Source: Gemmatimonadota bacterium (lineage in GTDB: Bacteria; Gemmatimonadota; Gemmatimonadetes; Palauibacterales; KS3-K002). From it: a DNA stretch of 53,617 nucleotides. A program made the position numbers and the translations under genes. The stretch spans positions 1 through 53,617 of the forward strand of contig JBDHJS010000023.1 of NCBI GenBank assembly GCA_039586795.1, read 5' to 3'. Every line of letters begins with the position of its first letter. The stretch's first letter is position 1. Positions 1 to 8,742 of the stretch are shown piece by piece. Under the pieces are notes generated by a model. The model did no database searches. It was not told where the DNA came from and saw only the letters and a program-made list of their open reading frames with translations.

Positions 1-288
1 GGTTTCGATGTAGCCGGCGAAGCCTCGTCGGGTATTGAAGCGATTGAGAAGTACAAGGAACTGAAGCCTGACCTGGTCACGATGGATATCGTGATGCCCG
101 ACATGGGTGGTATCGATGCTGTGCGGTCAATCATCGAAGAGGATCCCGACGCGAGAATCCTCATGTGCAGCGCGATGGGGCAGCAGGGGCTGGTGGTGGA
201 AGCGATACAGGCGGGGGCCCGCGACTTCGTGGTCAAACCCTTCCAGCCGTCTAGAGTGCTTGAAGCTGTCCAGCGCTTGATGGGATGA
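1..288 (+). CDS. cheY: Chemotaxis response regulator CheY (5' truncated by window edge)
   Basis: Frame 1 is open from base 1 (GFDVAGEASSGIEAIEKYKELKPDLVTMDIVMP...CSAMGQQ...FVVKPF). Single receiver domain with phospho-Asp (TMD), resembling Bacillus/Thermotoga CheY; ATGA overlap with cheA. Confidence 0.93.
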   Translation, partial: GFDVAGEASSGIEAIEKYKELKPDLVTMDIVMPDMGGIDAVRSIIEEDPDARILMCSAMGQQGLVVEAIQAGARDFVVKPFQPSRVLEAVQRLMG

Positions 289-1919
289 CTCAGCAGGAAA
301 AATACGCAGAGCTATTCGCAGCCGAGGCGCGCGAGCATCTTGCAGAGATCAGCCGCGCCTTCGTCGCGCTCGAGAGCGAGCCGGGCGACCGCGACTCGCT
401 AGACGCCATATTCCGTTCTGTACATACGATCAAGGGGATGGCGGCAGCGATGGGCTATGAGGTCGCATCCAGCCTGGCACATAACATCGAGTCCGCCCTG
501 GATGAGCTTCGCAGCGAGCGGCGACAAGCAGATGCTGATGTTGTCGACATGCTTCTGGAGAGCAGCGACAGGCTAGAAGAAGTCGTCATCGCCACCGTCG
601 AGGGAAAGAAGCCGCCAGATTCCAGCAAAGTGATCGAGCGACTGGTGTTGTGGCGGATCGCGGACGATAGTGCCACACAGCCGGCTCCCGAAGCAGAAAA
701 GACATCGGCACGCCGGAAGAAGACGCGCGATGCCAAAGCGGCGCCGCGGCCTGGACCAGAGCGCGCAACTCGGGCGGACACGCGTATACGCGTAGATATT
801 CGACGCCTTGACGCTCTGATGAACCTGATTGGCGAACTGGCGATCGTGCGGGGCCAGCTTCGCGCACTCGCGCAGCAATCCGGAATTGAGGTGTTGCAGG
901 ACACCGTCGATCGGGCGGGCAGCCTGATCCGCGAGATGCAGATGCACGTCGTCGAAAGCCGGATGGTTCCGGTATGGCAGATCTTCGATCGCTTTCCGCG
1001 GGTCGTTCGAGATGCCGCGCGCGCGCTTGGCAAAGAGATCGAGTTCGAGGTAACCGGCAAAGAGCTCGAGCTCGACCGTACTCTGCTCGATCGGATTAGC
1101 GATCCGTTGGTGCACCTGCTTCGCAACGCTGTGGACCATGGAATAGAACCACCAGCTGAGCGCAAGAAGGCGGGCAAGCCGCAGAGCGGTCGAATAGAAT
1201 TAGCGGCGCGCCGCGAGCGGTCACGCGTGGTCATAGAGGTACGGGATGACGGCCGCGGCATAGATCGCGAGGCCGTGATCAAGAAGGCGCGAGAAGCCGG
1301 GGACTCGGAGCACGAAGCCGAGCCGTCAGCTCAGGAGCTGTTTCGGATAATGGCGCGGCCGGGTTTTTCAACCGCGACGCGCGTGACGGAAGTCTCAGGC
1401 CGGGGCGTTGGGCTCGATGTCGTGCACACGTCGATAAGAGGATTGGGCGGCGCGGTTGATCTTCAGACGGAGAAGGGAGTGGGGACGACATTTCGTCTGG
1501 AACTCCCACTGACGCTGGCCATTCTACGCGCGCTGATCGTCGAGGTGGAAGGTCAGGTCTATGCGCTTCCCGCGACATTCACACGAGAAAGCTTCCAGAC
1601 CGAAGAATCAAACGTGGTGGAGGCCCACGGGCGCGAGTGGATAAGCTGGCGCGACCAGTTGCTGCCGCTCACGCGACTGCCGCGACTGTTCGCAAGTGAT
1701 AATGGAGACGGAGTCAACGGTAAGAACAATTCCGTCCACATAGTGGCCCTGGAGTTCGGCGGTGCTCATCTCGCCGTTTCCGTGGATCGCTTCGTGGGAG
1801 AAGAAGAGATAGTCGTAAAGTCATTTAACACACCGCTCGGCGCGGCTCCCGTTTTTTCCGGGGCGACCGTAAGGCCGGACGGGCGGCCAGCTCTGGTGCT
1901 GGATGTCGGCAGTTTCTAG
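285..1919 (+). CDS. cheA: Chemotaxis histidine kinase CheA (HPt, dimerisation, HATPase, CheW-like; no P2 domain)
   Basis: HPt FRSVHTIKGMA; IRVDIRRLDALMNLIGEL dimerisation start; HLLRNAVDHGIE, DDGRGID and GRGVGLDVV boxes; C-terminal P5. Confidence 0.96.
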   Translation: MTQQEKYAELFAAEAREHLAEISRAFVALESEPGDRDSLDAIFRSVHTIKGMAAAMGYEVASSLAHNIESALDELRSERRQADADVVDMLLESSDRLEEVVIATVEGKKPPDSSKVIERLVLWRIADDSATQPAPEAEKTSARRKKTRDAKAAPRPGPERATRADTRIRVDIRRLDALMNLIGELAIVRGQLRALAQQSGIEVLQDTVDRAGSLIREMQMHVVESRMVPVWQIFDRFPRVVRDAARALGKEIEFEVTGKELELDRTLLDRISDPLVHLLRNAVDHGIEPPAERKKAGKPQSGRIELAARRERSRVVIEVRDDGRGIDREAVIKKAREAGDSEHEAEPSAQELFRIMARPGFSTATRVTEVSGRGVGLDVVHTSIRGLGGAVDLQTEKGVGTTFRLELPLTLAILRALIVEVEGQVYALPATFTRESFQTEESNVVEAHGREWISWRDQLLPLTRLPRLFASDNGDGVNGKNNSVHIVALEFGGAHLAVSVDRFVGEEEIVVKSFNTPLGAAPVFSGATVRPDGRPALVLDVGSF

Positions 1920-1981
1920 TGCCGATCGAAAATAAGCCACGCGAGCATGGCAGCATGATCGAACTTCAGGCGGAAAGGCGA

Positions 1982-2602
1982 ATGAACGATTCACAGGAGC
2001 TCCGGGACTTAGAGCTTGATGCGCTTAAGGAGGTGGCCAACGTCGGTGCAGGTCACGCGGCGACAGCTTTGAGCCAGCTTACCAATCGCCGCATCATGAT
2101 CAACGTGCCAGAAGTCGAGCTTTGCTCGATTGAGGAAGCGGCATCCTCTGTTGGACAGGGGAATCGAGTGGTTGCTGCCGTGTTGATGCAGGTGCTGGGA
2201 GACCTGACGGGGCGTTGCCTGCTTCTGTTCGAGAAAGACGCGGCGATGAAGCTTGCTGATGTGTTGCTGAGCCGGGAGCCGGGCAGCACCAAGGTGTTCG
2301 GCGAGTTGGAGCAATCATCTGTGAAGGAGACCGCCAACATCCTGACGGGAGCGTACCTGAATGGCCTGTCCGATCTGCTGGGACTGATGCTCATCCCCTC
2401 GGTCCCTAGCTTAGCGGTCGATCTCGCCGGAGCCGTCCTGTCCACGACTTATTTGAACTTCGGCCATGATCGGAGCTTCGTGATCATCATGGACACGCGG
2501 TTCATGTTTGAACCGGATTCCGAGGTTATGACAGGCCATCTTGTCTTGTTGCCGGACTCATCAAGCCTGAGCGTCATCCTGAAGGCGGCCAGAGTCAAAT
2601 AG
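1982..2602 (+). CDS. cheC: CheC-family CheY-P phosphatase
   Basis: Two (D/S)xxxExxN sites: DALKEVAN and SSVKETAN. Start placed at ATG 1982 after GAAAGG; the ORF is open from 1919. Confidence 0.92.
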   Translation: MNDSQELRDLELDALKEVANVGAGHAATALSQLTNRRIMINVPEVELCSIEEAASSVGQGNRVVAAVLMQVLGDLTGRCLLLFEKDAAMKLADVLLSREPGSTKVFGELEQSSVKETANILTGAYLNGLSDLLGLMLIPSVPSLAVDLAGAVLSTTYLNFGHDRSFVIIMDTRFMFEPDSEVMTGHLVLLPDSSSLSVILKAARVK

Positions 2603-2608
2603 ACGTGT

Positions 2609-5329
2609 ATGGCTAGAACGGTCTACTCTGAGGGCGATCTTCTCGTTCTGCGGGCTCTTGCCAAGCGCATCGACCCGGGGGACGCCGGTGCGTTCAATAA
2701 TTTGGGGGTAGTCTACTATCAGAAAGCCTTGTTTGAGGATGCGATCGAGCAGTTTCGGCGGGCGCTGGCGATCGATCCGAAGATGGAGGTGGCGCGGCGC
2801 AACCTGGAGATCGCGTACCATCAAACCGGCTATTATGACCGCCAGATTGCTGAGCTGATCGGACGCCTACGCCAGAACGAAGATGACGAGGAAGCACGTC
2901 TGAAATTGGCGGAAGCGTATCTCCAGGTCGGCCGGGTGGACGAGGCGATCAGTCAGTATGAGACCCTGATCAAGTCGCGGCCCGGCGAGGTGCAGGTCCT
3001 CCTCAAGCTTGGCACGGCTGAGAAGAACCGTGGGGAACTGAAGAAGGCCATCGAGTGGTTTGAACGAGCGCGTGCCGTAGACCCGTCCCGGACGTTCGTC
3101 TACCTGCAGCTGGGCGAGATCCTCTACAACCAGGGGATGAACGAGGAAGCGATCGCTCACCTCCGGAAGGCGCTGAAGCTCAACCCCTCCATCGCGGAAG
3201 CGCACCACCTCCTCAGCTTCATCTACGGTGATATAGGCGATTCCGATCGCGCCGCAGAGCACGCGGGCAAGGCGGCGGAGTTGAATCCCGCGGCGGCAAA
3301 AGTGCAGACTAACCTATCGCTCGACCGGTACAGCTCGGCTCGCTACGTGGAGCTTACCGGTAACGTCCAGCCGACGCCCGCGGGGGATGGAGAACAAGCG
3401 TTTGCTCACTATAGCCTGGGCATAGCCTTCAGGGCGCGGGGGTTATACGAGGAAGCGCGGCGCGAATTCGAGAAGGGTCGAGAGGTAGGCGAAGATGAGA
3501 CGCTACTCGACCTGGCGGAAGCCGAACTGACCTTACTGGAAGGTGATGCTGAAGGCGCCCTGGCGCGCTACGACGAGTTGCTGGCTGCGCTACCGGATAG
3601 CGCCAAGGTTTGGAACGAGCGCGGTGTGGCGCTTCATCAGGTTGGCAGGTTGGACGAAGCGGAGGAGAGCTACAGGAGCGCGTTGAGCCTGGACACCGGT
3701 TATGCACTGGCTTGGAACAACGTCGGTGTGGTGAGCGCACATCGTGGCGACTCGGCGGCAGCGGAGGAAACGTTTCGGAAGGCACTTGATGCGCGAGAAG
3801 AACTCGACGATGCGCGGCTCAACTTGGGTTTGCTGTGGGTGAAGACCGAGCGGGCAAGCGAGAGTCTTCAACTCTACCGGAGAATGCTCCGCACGGATCC
3901 TCATCGGGCTGATGCGTGGACCGGACTGGGCTCAGCCCTGGTGTCGATGGGTCGTATCGAGGATGGACGTGATGCTTTCGCCAAGGCCGTTGAGGCGAAC
4001 CCGAACTTCCCGCCGGCGCGCTACAATCTGAGTTTCGCGCTGGCTCGGCTAGGCGACCACGAAGGGGCATTGCGGGAGACCAAGGCAGCCCTCGAGCTGG
4101 ATCCCTACTACACCTCGCCGCGCTTCCGACTGTCGATCGACCTGCAATACGAGGGCGGTGACATCTGGGCTCCCGAACTCGCGGCGCCGGAGCGTATCGA
4201 AGCGCGAGGCCCGGGCGTGCGTGACTTCGAGTTCAATGTTGATGAGCTGGAAGCGGTATTTCAGGAGCTGGATGCAGGCGACGCGGAAGAGGAACTCGCG
4301 CCGGCTGAGCCGCGCCCAATGGCGGAGGACCTGTTTGCCCTAGCCCGTGACTACCTGGCAAACGGGATGTATGACCGAGCGTTGGCGGAGGCGGTCCACG
4401 CGATGCGCGAGGGTGGAGACAATGCGGAGGGCTCGCTGATCGTAGGCGAGATATATCGAAATCGTGGGCTCTACGGTGAAGCACTCGAGCGATTTCAAGA
4501 AGCCAGAAGCGAGCGACCCAAAGACAGAATCGCGCTGGCGGGAGTCGCGAGGTGCCTGCTGCAGCTTGATCGAGCAGAGGATGCGCTGACCGCCGCGGAA
4601 GAGCTGCTACCGTTGGCGGGCGACGATGTAGACATGCTGCTCGTCATCGGCGAGGCGCTGACGCGGGCGGGCGAAGGTGCACGAGCGATCGACGTCCTTG
4701 ATGCGGCTGCGCGAGCGGCGCCGGCGGACGCCACCGTCCACCGACAGGTAGCGCGAGCGGCGTTGGCTGTCGGAAATCACAGGAGAGCCAAAGAGGCTTA
4801 CAGTCGGGCGATCGCCGAGGATCCGGATTTTGCAGCGGCACGCGTCGAACTCGGGCGGATTCTGATCGACGAGGGCTCGTACGGCGATGCGGAAGTCGAA
4901 ATCCGGCAGGCTCTGGAGCTGATGCCGACCTACGCCGAGGCGAATCTGGTGCTGGCAGACTTGATGGTACGTCAGGGTCGGCAGCGAGAAGCGATCAACT
5001 CGCTGGCCGACTTACTCGAGACGCAGCCATACAACCCGGAGGGGCTCGTTATGCTCGGCGAGGCGCTGGCTCGTGAAGGTCGGCGGCGGGACGCCTATCA
5101 CGCGTTGCAGAGGGCACAGCGCTTCGATCCAGAGCGAATCGATGTCCTGTTCCGTCTCGGCGAGCTTGCCGGTGAATCAGGACGCTATCGGGACGCGCTG
5201 CACTATTGGCGGCAGCTGATCGATGTGGCGCCGGAGAGCGAGTTGGCGGCACGTGCAAAAATACAGGCGCGGATGATACTGGGGTCGAGCTACGCGCTCG
5301 ACGGTGCGGTCTCAGGGAGTAGTGTCTGA
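2609..5329 (+). CDS. Large multi-TPR protein (906 aa), possible SgmX-like MglA scaffold
   Basis: Many TPR-type repeats (e.g. AFNNLGVVYYQKALFEDAIEQFRRALAIDP, VWNERGVALHQVGRLDEAEESYRSAL); acidic central linker; no signal peptide. Confidence 0.88.
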   Translation: MARTVYSEGDLLVLRALAKRIDPGDAGAFNNLGVVYYQKALFEDAIEQFRRALAIDPKMEVARRNLEIAYHQTGYYDRQIAELIGRLRQNEDDEEARLKLAEAYLQVGRVDEAISQYETLIKSRPGEVQVLLKLGTAEKNRGELKKAIEWFERARAVDPSRTFVYLQLGEILYNQGMNEEAIAHLRKALKLNPSIAEAHHLLSFIYGDIGDSDRAAEHAGKAAELNPAAAKVQTNLSLDRYSSARYVELTGNVQPTPAGDGEQAFAHYSLGIAFRARGLYEEARREFEKGREVGEDETLLDLAEAELTLLEGDAEGALARYDELLAALPDSAKVWNERGVALHQVGRLDEAEESYRSALSLDTGYALAWNNVGVVSAHRGDSAAAEETFRKALDAREELDDARLNLGLLWVKTERASESLQLYRRMLRTDPHRADAWTGLGSALVSMGRIEDGRDAFAKAVEANPNFPPARYNLSFALARLGDHEGALRETKAALELDPYYTSPRFRLSIDLQYEGGDIWAPELAAPERIEARGPGVRDFEFNVDELEAVFQELDAGDAEEELAPAEPRPMAEDLFALARDYLANGMYDRALAEAVHAMREGGDNAEGSLIVGEIYRNRGLYGEALERFQEARSERPKDRIALAGVARCLLQLDRAEDALTAAEELLPLAGDDVDMLLVIGEALTRAGEGARAIDVLDAAARAAPADATVHRQVARAALAVGNHRRAKEAYSRAIAEDPDFAAARVELGRILIDEGSYGDAEVEIRQALELMPTYAEANLVLADLMVRQGRQREAINSLADLLETQPYNPEGLVMLGEALAREGRRRDAYHALQRAQRFDPERIDVLFRLGELAGESGRYRDALHYWRQLIDVAPESELAARAKIQARMILGSSYALDGAVSGSSV

Positions 5330-6462
5330 TGCCTATCGAGGGATCGCTGCGCGAGTTTGCGCTTCACGACATCTTCCAGCTCCTTCACTTGTCGAGGAAG
5401 ACTGGTGACCTGGAGATCGTGCGCGAGCCGTCGGGTACTCGTGGCCTGGTGAAGTTCTCCGGCGGCGCCGTGGTTGGCGCGGAAGTCGATGAGGAGACGC
5501 CGCGACTTGGGTACATACTCCTGAATGCTGGGAAGATCACCGAGGCCGACCTTCGCGAAGCCGACAAGCTGCGTGCGCAAGATCCATCTCGTAGTTGGTC
5601 GAGCGTTTTTGGCTCGCTTGCGGCAATGGAACAGGATGACCTGGATCAGTACATGAAGTTCCAAATCGAGGAATTGGTGTACGAGATCCTTGATTGGCGT
5701 GACGGCCGGTTTTCGTTCGGCGAGCGCGCTGTGGAGGAGACGGAAAGCGTCACCTGGATTCCCGTCGAGTCTCTGCTCATGGAAGGTGCGCGCCGTGCGG
5801 ACGAACTATCGCAACTCTCAACGGCAATCGAGAGTCCTCAGGCCGTGCCCAGGCTCTCCGAGCGTGCGGCGTCTGAGACTTCGCTGCTGGACCTCGCTCC
5901 AGAAGAATGGGAAGTCCTCGGCCGCATCGATGGTGTGAATGATTTAAGGTCGATAGCGACCACGCTGGGTCGGAGCGAGTTCGATGTCAGCAAAGTCGTA
6001 TCACGGTTGGCGGAGCACGGTTTGATCGAGATCGTCTCACAGGATGGATCCGGGACCCAGCCTCCGCACGAGGTGATGTTGGATCGGATCGCAGACTTGA
6101 TCGAGCACGACGAACTGGCCGAAGCTCGTGCTAAGCTGCGTAGAGTTCTGGAGAACTTCCCGGACGAGCCGCGGGCGCACTATCTAGCAGCCCGGTCACT
6201 AGAGCGCGAGGGCCGATATGGTCCGGCGGCGGCGAGCTACGAGGCGACGGTGAATCTGGATCCGCTGGCGGCAGATGCCCGGCAGCGTCTTGGGCTGGTG
6301 AAGCTCAGACTAGGAGATATCGATGGGGCGTCCCGAGCCTGGACGGCCTATCTGCGCATGGCCGCCGACACGCCAGAACGTCGACGTGTCGAGCGAGCGA
6401 TGACGGCTCTTCATGAACTTGAACTAATACTCAACGAGTTCGATGGCAGGGAACACCCGTAG
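5329..6462 (+). CDS. DUF4388 (PATAN-like) domain protein with C-terminal TPRs
   Basis: N-terminal EGSLREFALHDIFQLLHLSRKTGDL and WRDGRFSF...ESLLMEGARRADE are typical of DUF4388; followed by a winged-helix-like segment and TPRs; TGATG overlap with the previous gene. Confidence 0.85.
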   Translation: MPIEGSLREFALHDIFQLLHLSRKTGDLEIVREPSGTRGLVKFSGGAVVGAEVDEETPRLGYILLNAGKITEADLREADKLRAQDPSRSWSSVFGSLAAMEQDDLDQYMKFQIEELVYEILDWRDGRFSFGERAVEETESVTWIPVESLLMEGARRADELSQLSTAIESPQAVPRLSERAASETSLLDLAPEEWEVLGRIDGVNDLRSIATTLGRSEFDVSKVVSRLAEHGLIEIVSQDGSGTQPPHEVMLDRIADLIEHDELAEARAKLRRVLENFPDEPRAHYLAARSLEREGRYGPAAASYEATVNLDPLAADARQRLGLVKLRLGDIDGASRAWTAYLRMAADTPERRRVERAMTALHELELILNEFDGREHP

Positions 6463-7249
6463 ATCGCTTCAGGAATTGAGCGACGAGGTCGCGACCAACC
6501 CGAACTCCACGGCGTTCGTGGAGTTAGCCGGTCTGTACAGGGAGCGTGGTGATCTCGATCGCGCGATGCGGTTGTGTCTGCGGGGGCTGCAGCGTCACCC
6601 GACGCATGTCGAAGCACATTTCGAACTCGGGAGGATATACGAAGCGCGGGGCGAGCGAGAGCTCGCCCTCGATGAGTGGGAGATGGTACAGCAGCTGGCG
6701 CCGGACCACCTGTCGTCACGCCTGGCCTCGGTCGAGCTGTACTTGGAGGAGGGGCGCAACGTCGAGGCCGAGTCGGAGCTGAAGGAGGCGGAACGACTTG
6801 CGCCGGACCATTCGTCTGTCACCGCGCTCCGCAAACTCGTCGACACGTTGCCGAAGGAGCCCGAAAGCGAACCGGAGCCTGCGGAACCGGGGGGCGTCTT
6901 TGACGCCATCGAGGCCGACCCAGGCACGCTGGGGGTCATGCTTGTCGATTCGGACGGTGGGTTCATCGAGGGCCATGCGCCGGGCAGCGAAAACGCATCC
7001 GAGGCAGCCGTGGGCGTGAACTTGATAAGCGCGCGTGCCGAGGCTGAGCGCGTGGCGTCGTACCTGGAGCTCGGTGACCTGAAGGGCATGGTTGTCGAGG
7101 GCTCCGGGGCGCGACTTACGATATCTCCGGTCGGCCGCGACGTCATCATCGTGGCGACGAAGAGTGACCTGCCGGCTGGTCAGGCTGCGCGTCTGGCTCA
7201 GCGGGCGTGGGCCGCTGCGGAGGGATACCTGAGCGACATGGGACGATGA
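6443..7249 (+). CDS. TPR + Roadblock/LC7 (MglB-like) fusion protein
   Basis: N-terminal TPRs (AFVELAGLYRERGDLDRA; AHFELGRIYEARGE), Pro/Glu linker, then a Roadblock pattern (PGTLGVMLVDSDG...LELGDLKGMVVEGSGARLTISPVG). Confidence 0.8.
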   Translation: MAGNTRRSLQELSDEVATNPNSTAFVELAGLYRERGDLDRAMRLCLRGLQRHPTHVEAHFELGRIYEARGERELALDEWEMVQQLAPDHLSSRLASVELYLEEGRNVEAESELKEAERLAPDHSSVTALRKLVDTLPKEPESEPEPAEPGGVFDAIEADPGTLGVMLVDSDGGFIEGHAPGSENASEAAVGVNLISARAEAERVASYLELGDLKGMVVEGSGARLTISPVGRDVIIVATKSDLPAGQAARLAQRAWAAAEGYLSDMGR

Positions 7250-7614
7250 AGCCCGACGCTTATAAGAGCCTGATTGCCGACATGATGGGCGTGCCGGGCG
7301 TACGTGGAGCGCTGGTAGTGGCGGTACGCGATGGACTGGTCGTCGACGGACGAGTGCATGTCGGCGTGAAGGGTGACGCAATCGCCGCGCTGGCGGCTTC
7401 TCTGTTCCGCCGGGCTTGCCAGGCGACCGGCAATGGAGATGGGAGCTTGCGGTTTGTAGAGGTCGAGGCGGAACACGGTCGCATGATCATAGCGGGGTTG
7501 GAAGAGTTGGCCTTGTTGGCGGTGTTGGAGAACCGCGCGAACGCTGGACAAGCTCGCCTTGCTGTTCGGCGCGCTGCTGAGACGCTGGCTACGATGGAAA
7601 AGCATAGTGAATGA
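7246..7614 (+). CDS. Roadblock/LC7 domain protein (MglB/MglC-like)
   Basis: VPGVRGALVVAVRDGLVV...AIAALAASLF...VEVEAEHGRMII...NAGQARLAVRRAA. ATG 7246 overlaps the upstream TGA (ATGA). Confidence 0.85.
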   Translation: MKPDAYKSLIADMMGVPGVRGALVVAVRDGLVVDGRVHVGVKGDAIAALAASLFRRACQATGNGDGSLRFVEVEAEHGRMIIAGLEELALLAVLENRANAGQARLAVRRAAETLATMEKHSE

Positions 7615-8098
7615 GCGACTGAACCTGCGGCAGATTCAGGAAGCCTTCTCTACACCGCTCGTCGATTTTGTGAACGAGTCGGGCGTGGCGCTGGCTGTCT
7701 TGATCAACCGGAGTGGACAGGTTCTCGCTCAGCACGGCTTCGATCGCGTCTTTGACCTGGTGGGCGTGGCTTCATTGGCAGCCGGAATCAACGCCTCCAG
7801 TCGAGCGCTGGCGATGCAGCTCGGCGAGGAGCAGTTCGAGCATCTTCATCACGCTGGATCGAGAAGGCAGTTGTTTCTCGGCCACTTTGATTCAGCTGCG
7901 GGCCAACTGATGCTCGTTGCGGTTTTCGATGGCAATTCATCTATCGGCTTGGTTCGGCTCTTCTTCGAAGAGTTTGTCGGCCAGATCCGTCGACTACCCT
8001 CGATGGATGTATCGAGGAAGTCGGTCAGCGCAGGGGATTTCGAGACTGAGCTCGAGACCAGTCTCGATCGGTTCTTCAAAGGCTTAATAGGCAGCTGA
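7607..8098 (+). CDS. mglB: MglB-type GTPase-activating Roadblock protein
   Basis: LINRSGQVLA, ASLAAG..A..ALA.QLGE.QF, VAVFDGNSSIGLVRL and an acidic C-terminal helix (ELETSLDRFF) match Myxococcus/Thermus MglB; directly upstream of mglA; GTG 7607 start inferred. Confidence 0.85.
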   Translation: MNERLNLRQIQEAFSTPLVDFVNESGVALAVLINRSGQVLAQHGFDRVFDLVGVASLAAGINASSRALAMQLGEEQFEHLHHAGSRRQLFLGHFDSAAGQLMLVAVFDGNSSIGLVRLFFEEFVGQIRRLPSMDVSRKSVSAGDFETELETSLDRFFKGLIGS

Positions 8099-8100
8099 TT

Positions 8101-8742
8101 ATGTCGCTAGTGAACTACGCGACTCGCGAGATTACGTGCAAGATCGTCTACTACGGGCCAGGTCGGTCCGGCAAGACGACCAACTTGCAGTACATACACA
8201 GCCGCGTGCCGTGGGATCGAAAAGGCGAGATGGTCTCGTTGGCTACCGATACTGACCGCACGCTGTTCTTCGATTTCCTGCCTCTGGAACTGGGGCACAT
8301 TTCCGGCTTCACGACTCGGTTCCAGCTTTACACAGTCCCCGGTCAAGTCTACTACAACGCAACCCGGAAACTGGTACTCCAGGGAGCTGACGGAATCGTC
8401 TTCGTGGCAGATAGTCAGAAGTCTCAGGTCGACGCTTCTTTGGAATCATTCCGCAACCTGCACGAGAACCTGTTGGAACATGGCATAGATATCCGCCATA
8501 TCCCCGTCGTCATCCAGTACAACAAGAGGGATCTCCCCAACGTGTTCAGTCTCGAGGAGCTGGAGGAGGAGATCAACTTCCGTAACGTTCCCAGCTTCCC
8601 GGCCTCCGCGCTACTGGGTGAGGGGGTGTTCGACACACTCAGATCGGCCAGCGAGGGTGTCTTGAGGAAACTGGCCAGCAAGTTGGAGATCCCTGCGGAT
8701 GTTACGGAGGACGAGGAGGCAGAGCGTGACAGTCTCCGTTGA
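8101..8742 (+). CDS. mglA: MglA small Ras-like GTPase
   Basis: REITCKIVYYGPGRSGKTTNL (G1), DRTLFFDFLPL (intrinsic Arg finger), LYTVPGQVYY (catalytic Gln), NKRD (G4). Confidence 0.96.
   Translation: MSLVNYATREITCKIVYYGPGRSGKTTNLQYIHSRVPWDRKGEMVSLATDTDRTLFFDFLPLELGHISGFTTRFQLYTVPGQVYYNATRKLVLQGADGIVFVADSQKSQVDASLESFRNLHENLLEHGIDIRHIPVVIQYNKRDLPNVFSLEELEEEINFRNVPSFPASALLGEGVFDTLRSASEGVLRKLASKLEIPADVTEDEEAERDSLR

Noticed and set aside
8686..8742. Acidic C-terminal extension of MglA as a functional novelty
   Set aside because: It coincides with the GAGGAGG RBS and start of the overlapping ATPase gene, so it is plausibly a by-product of the overlap.
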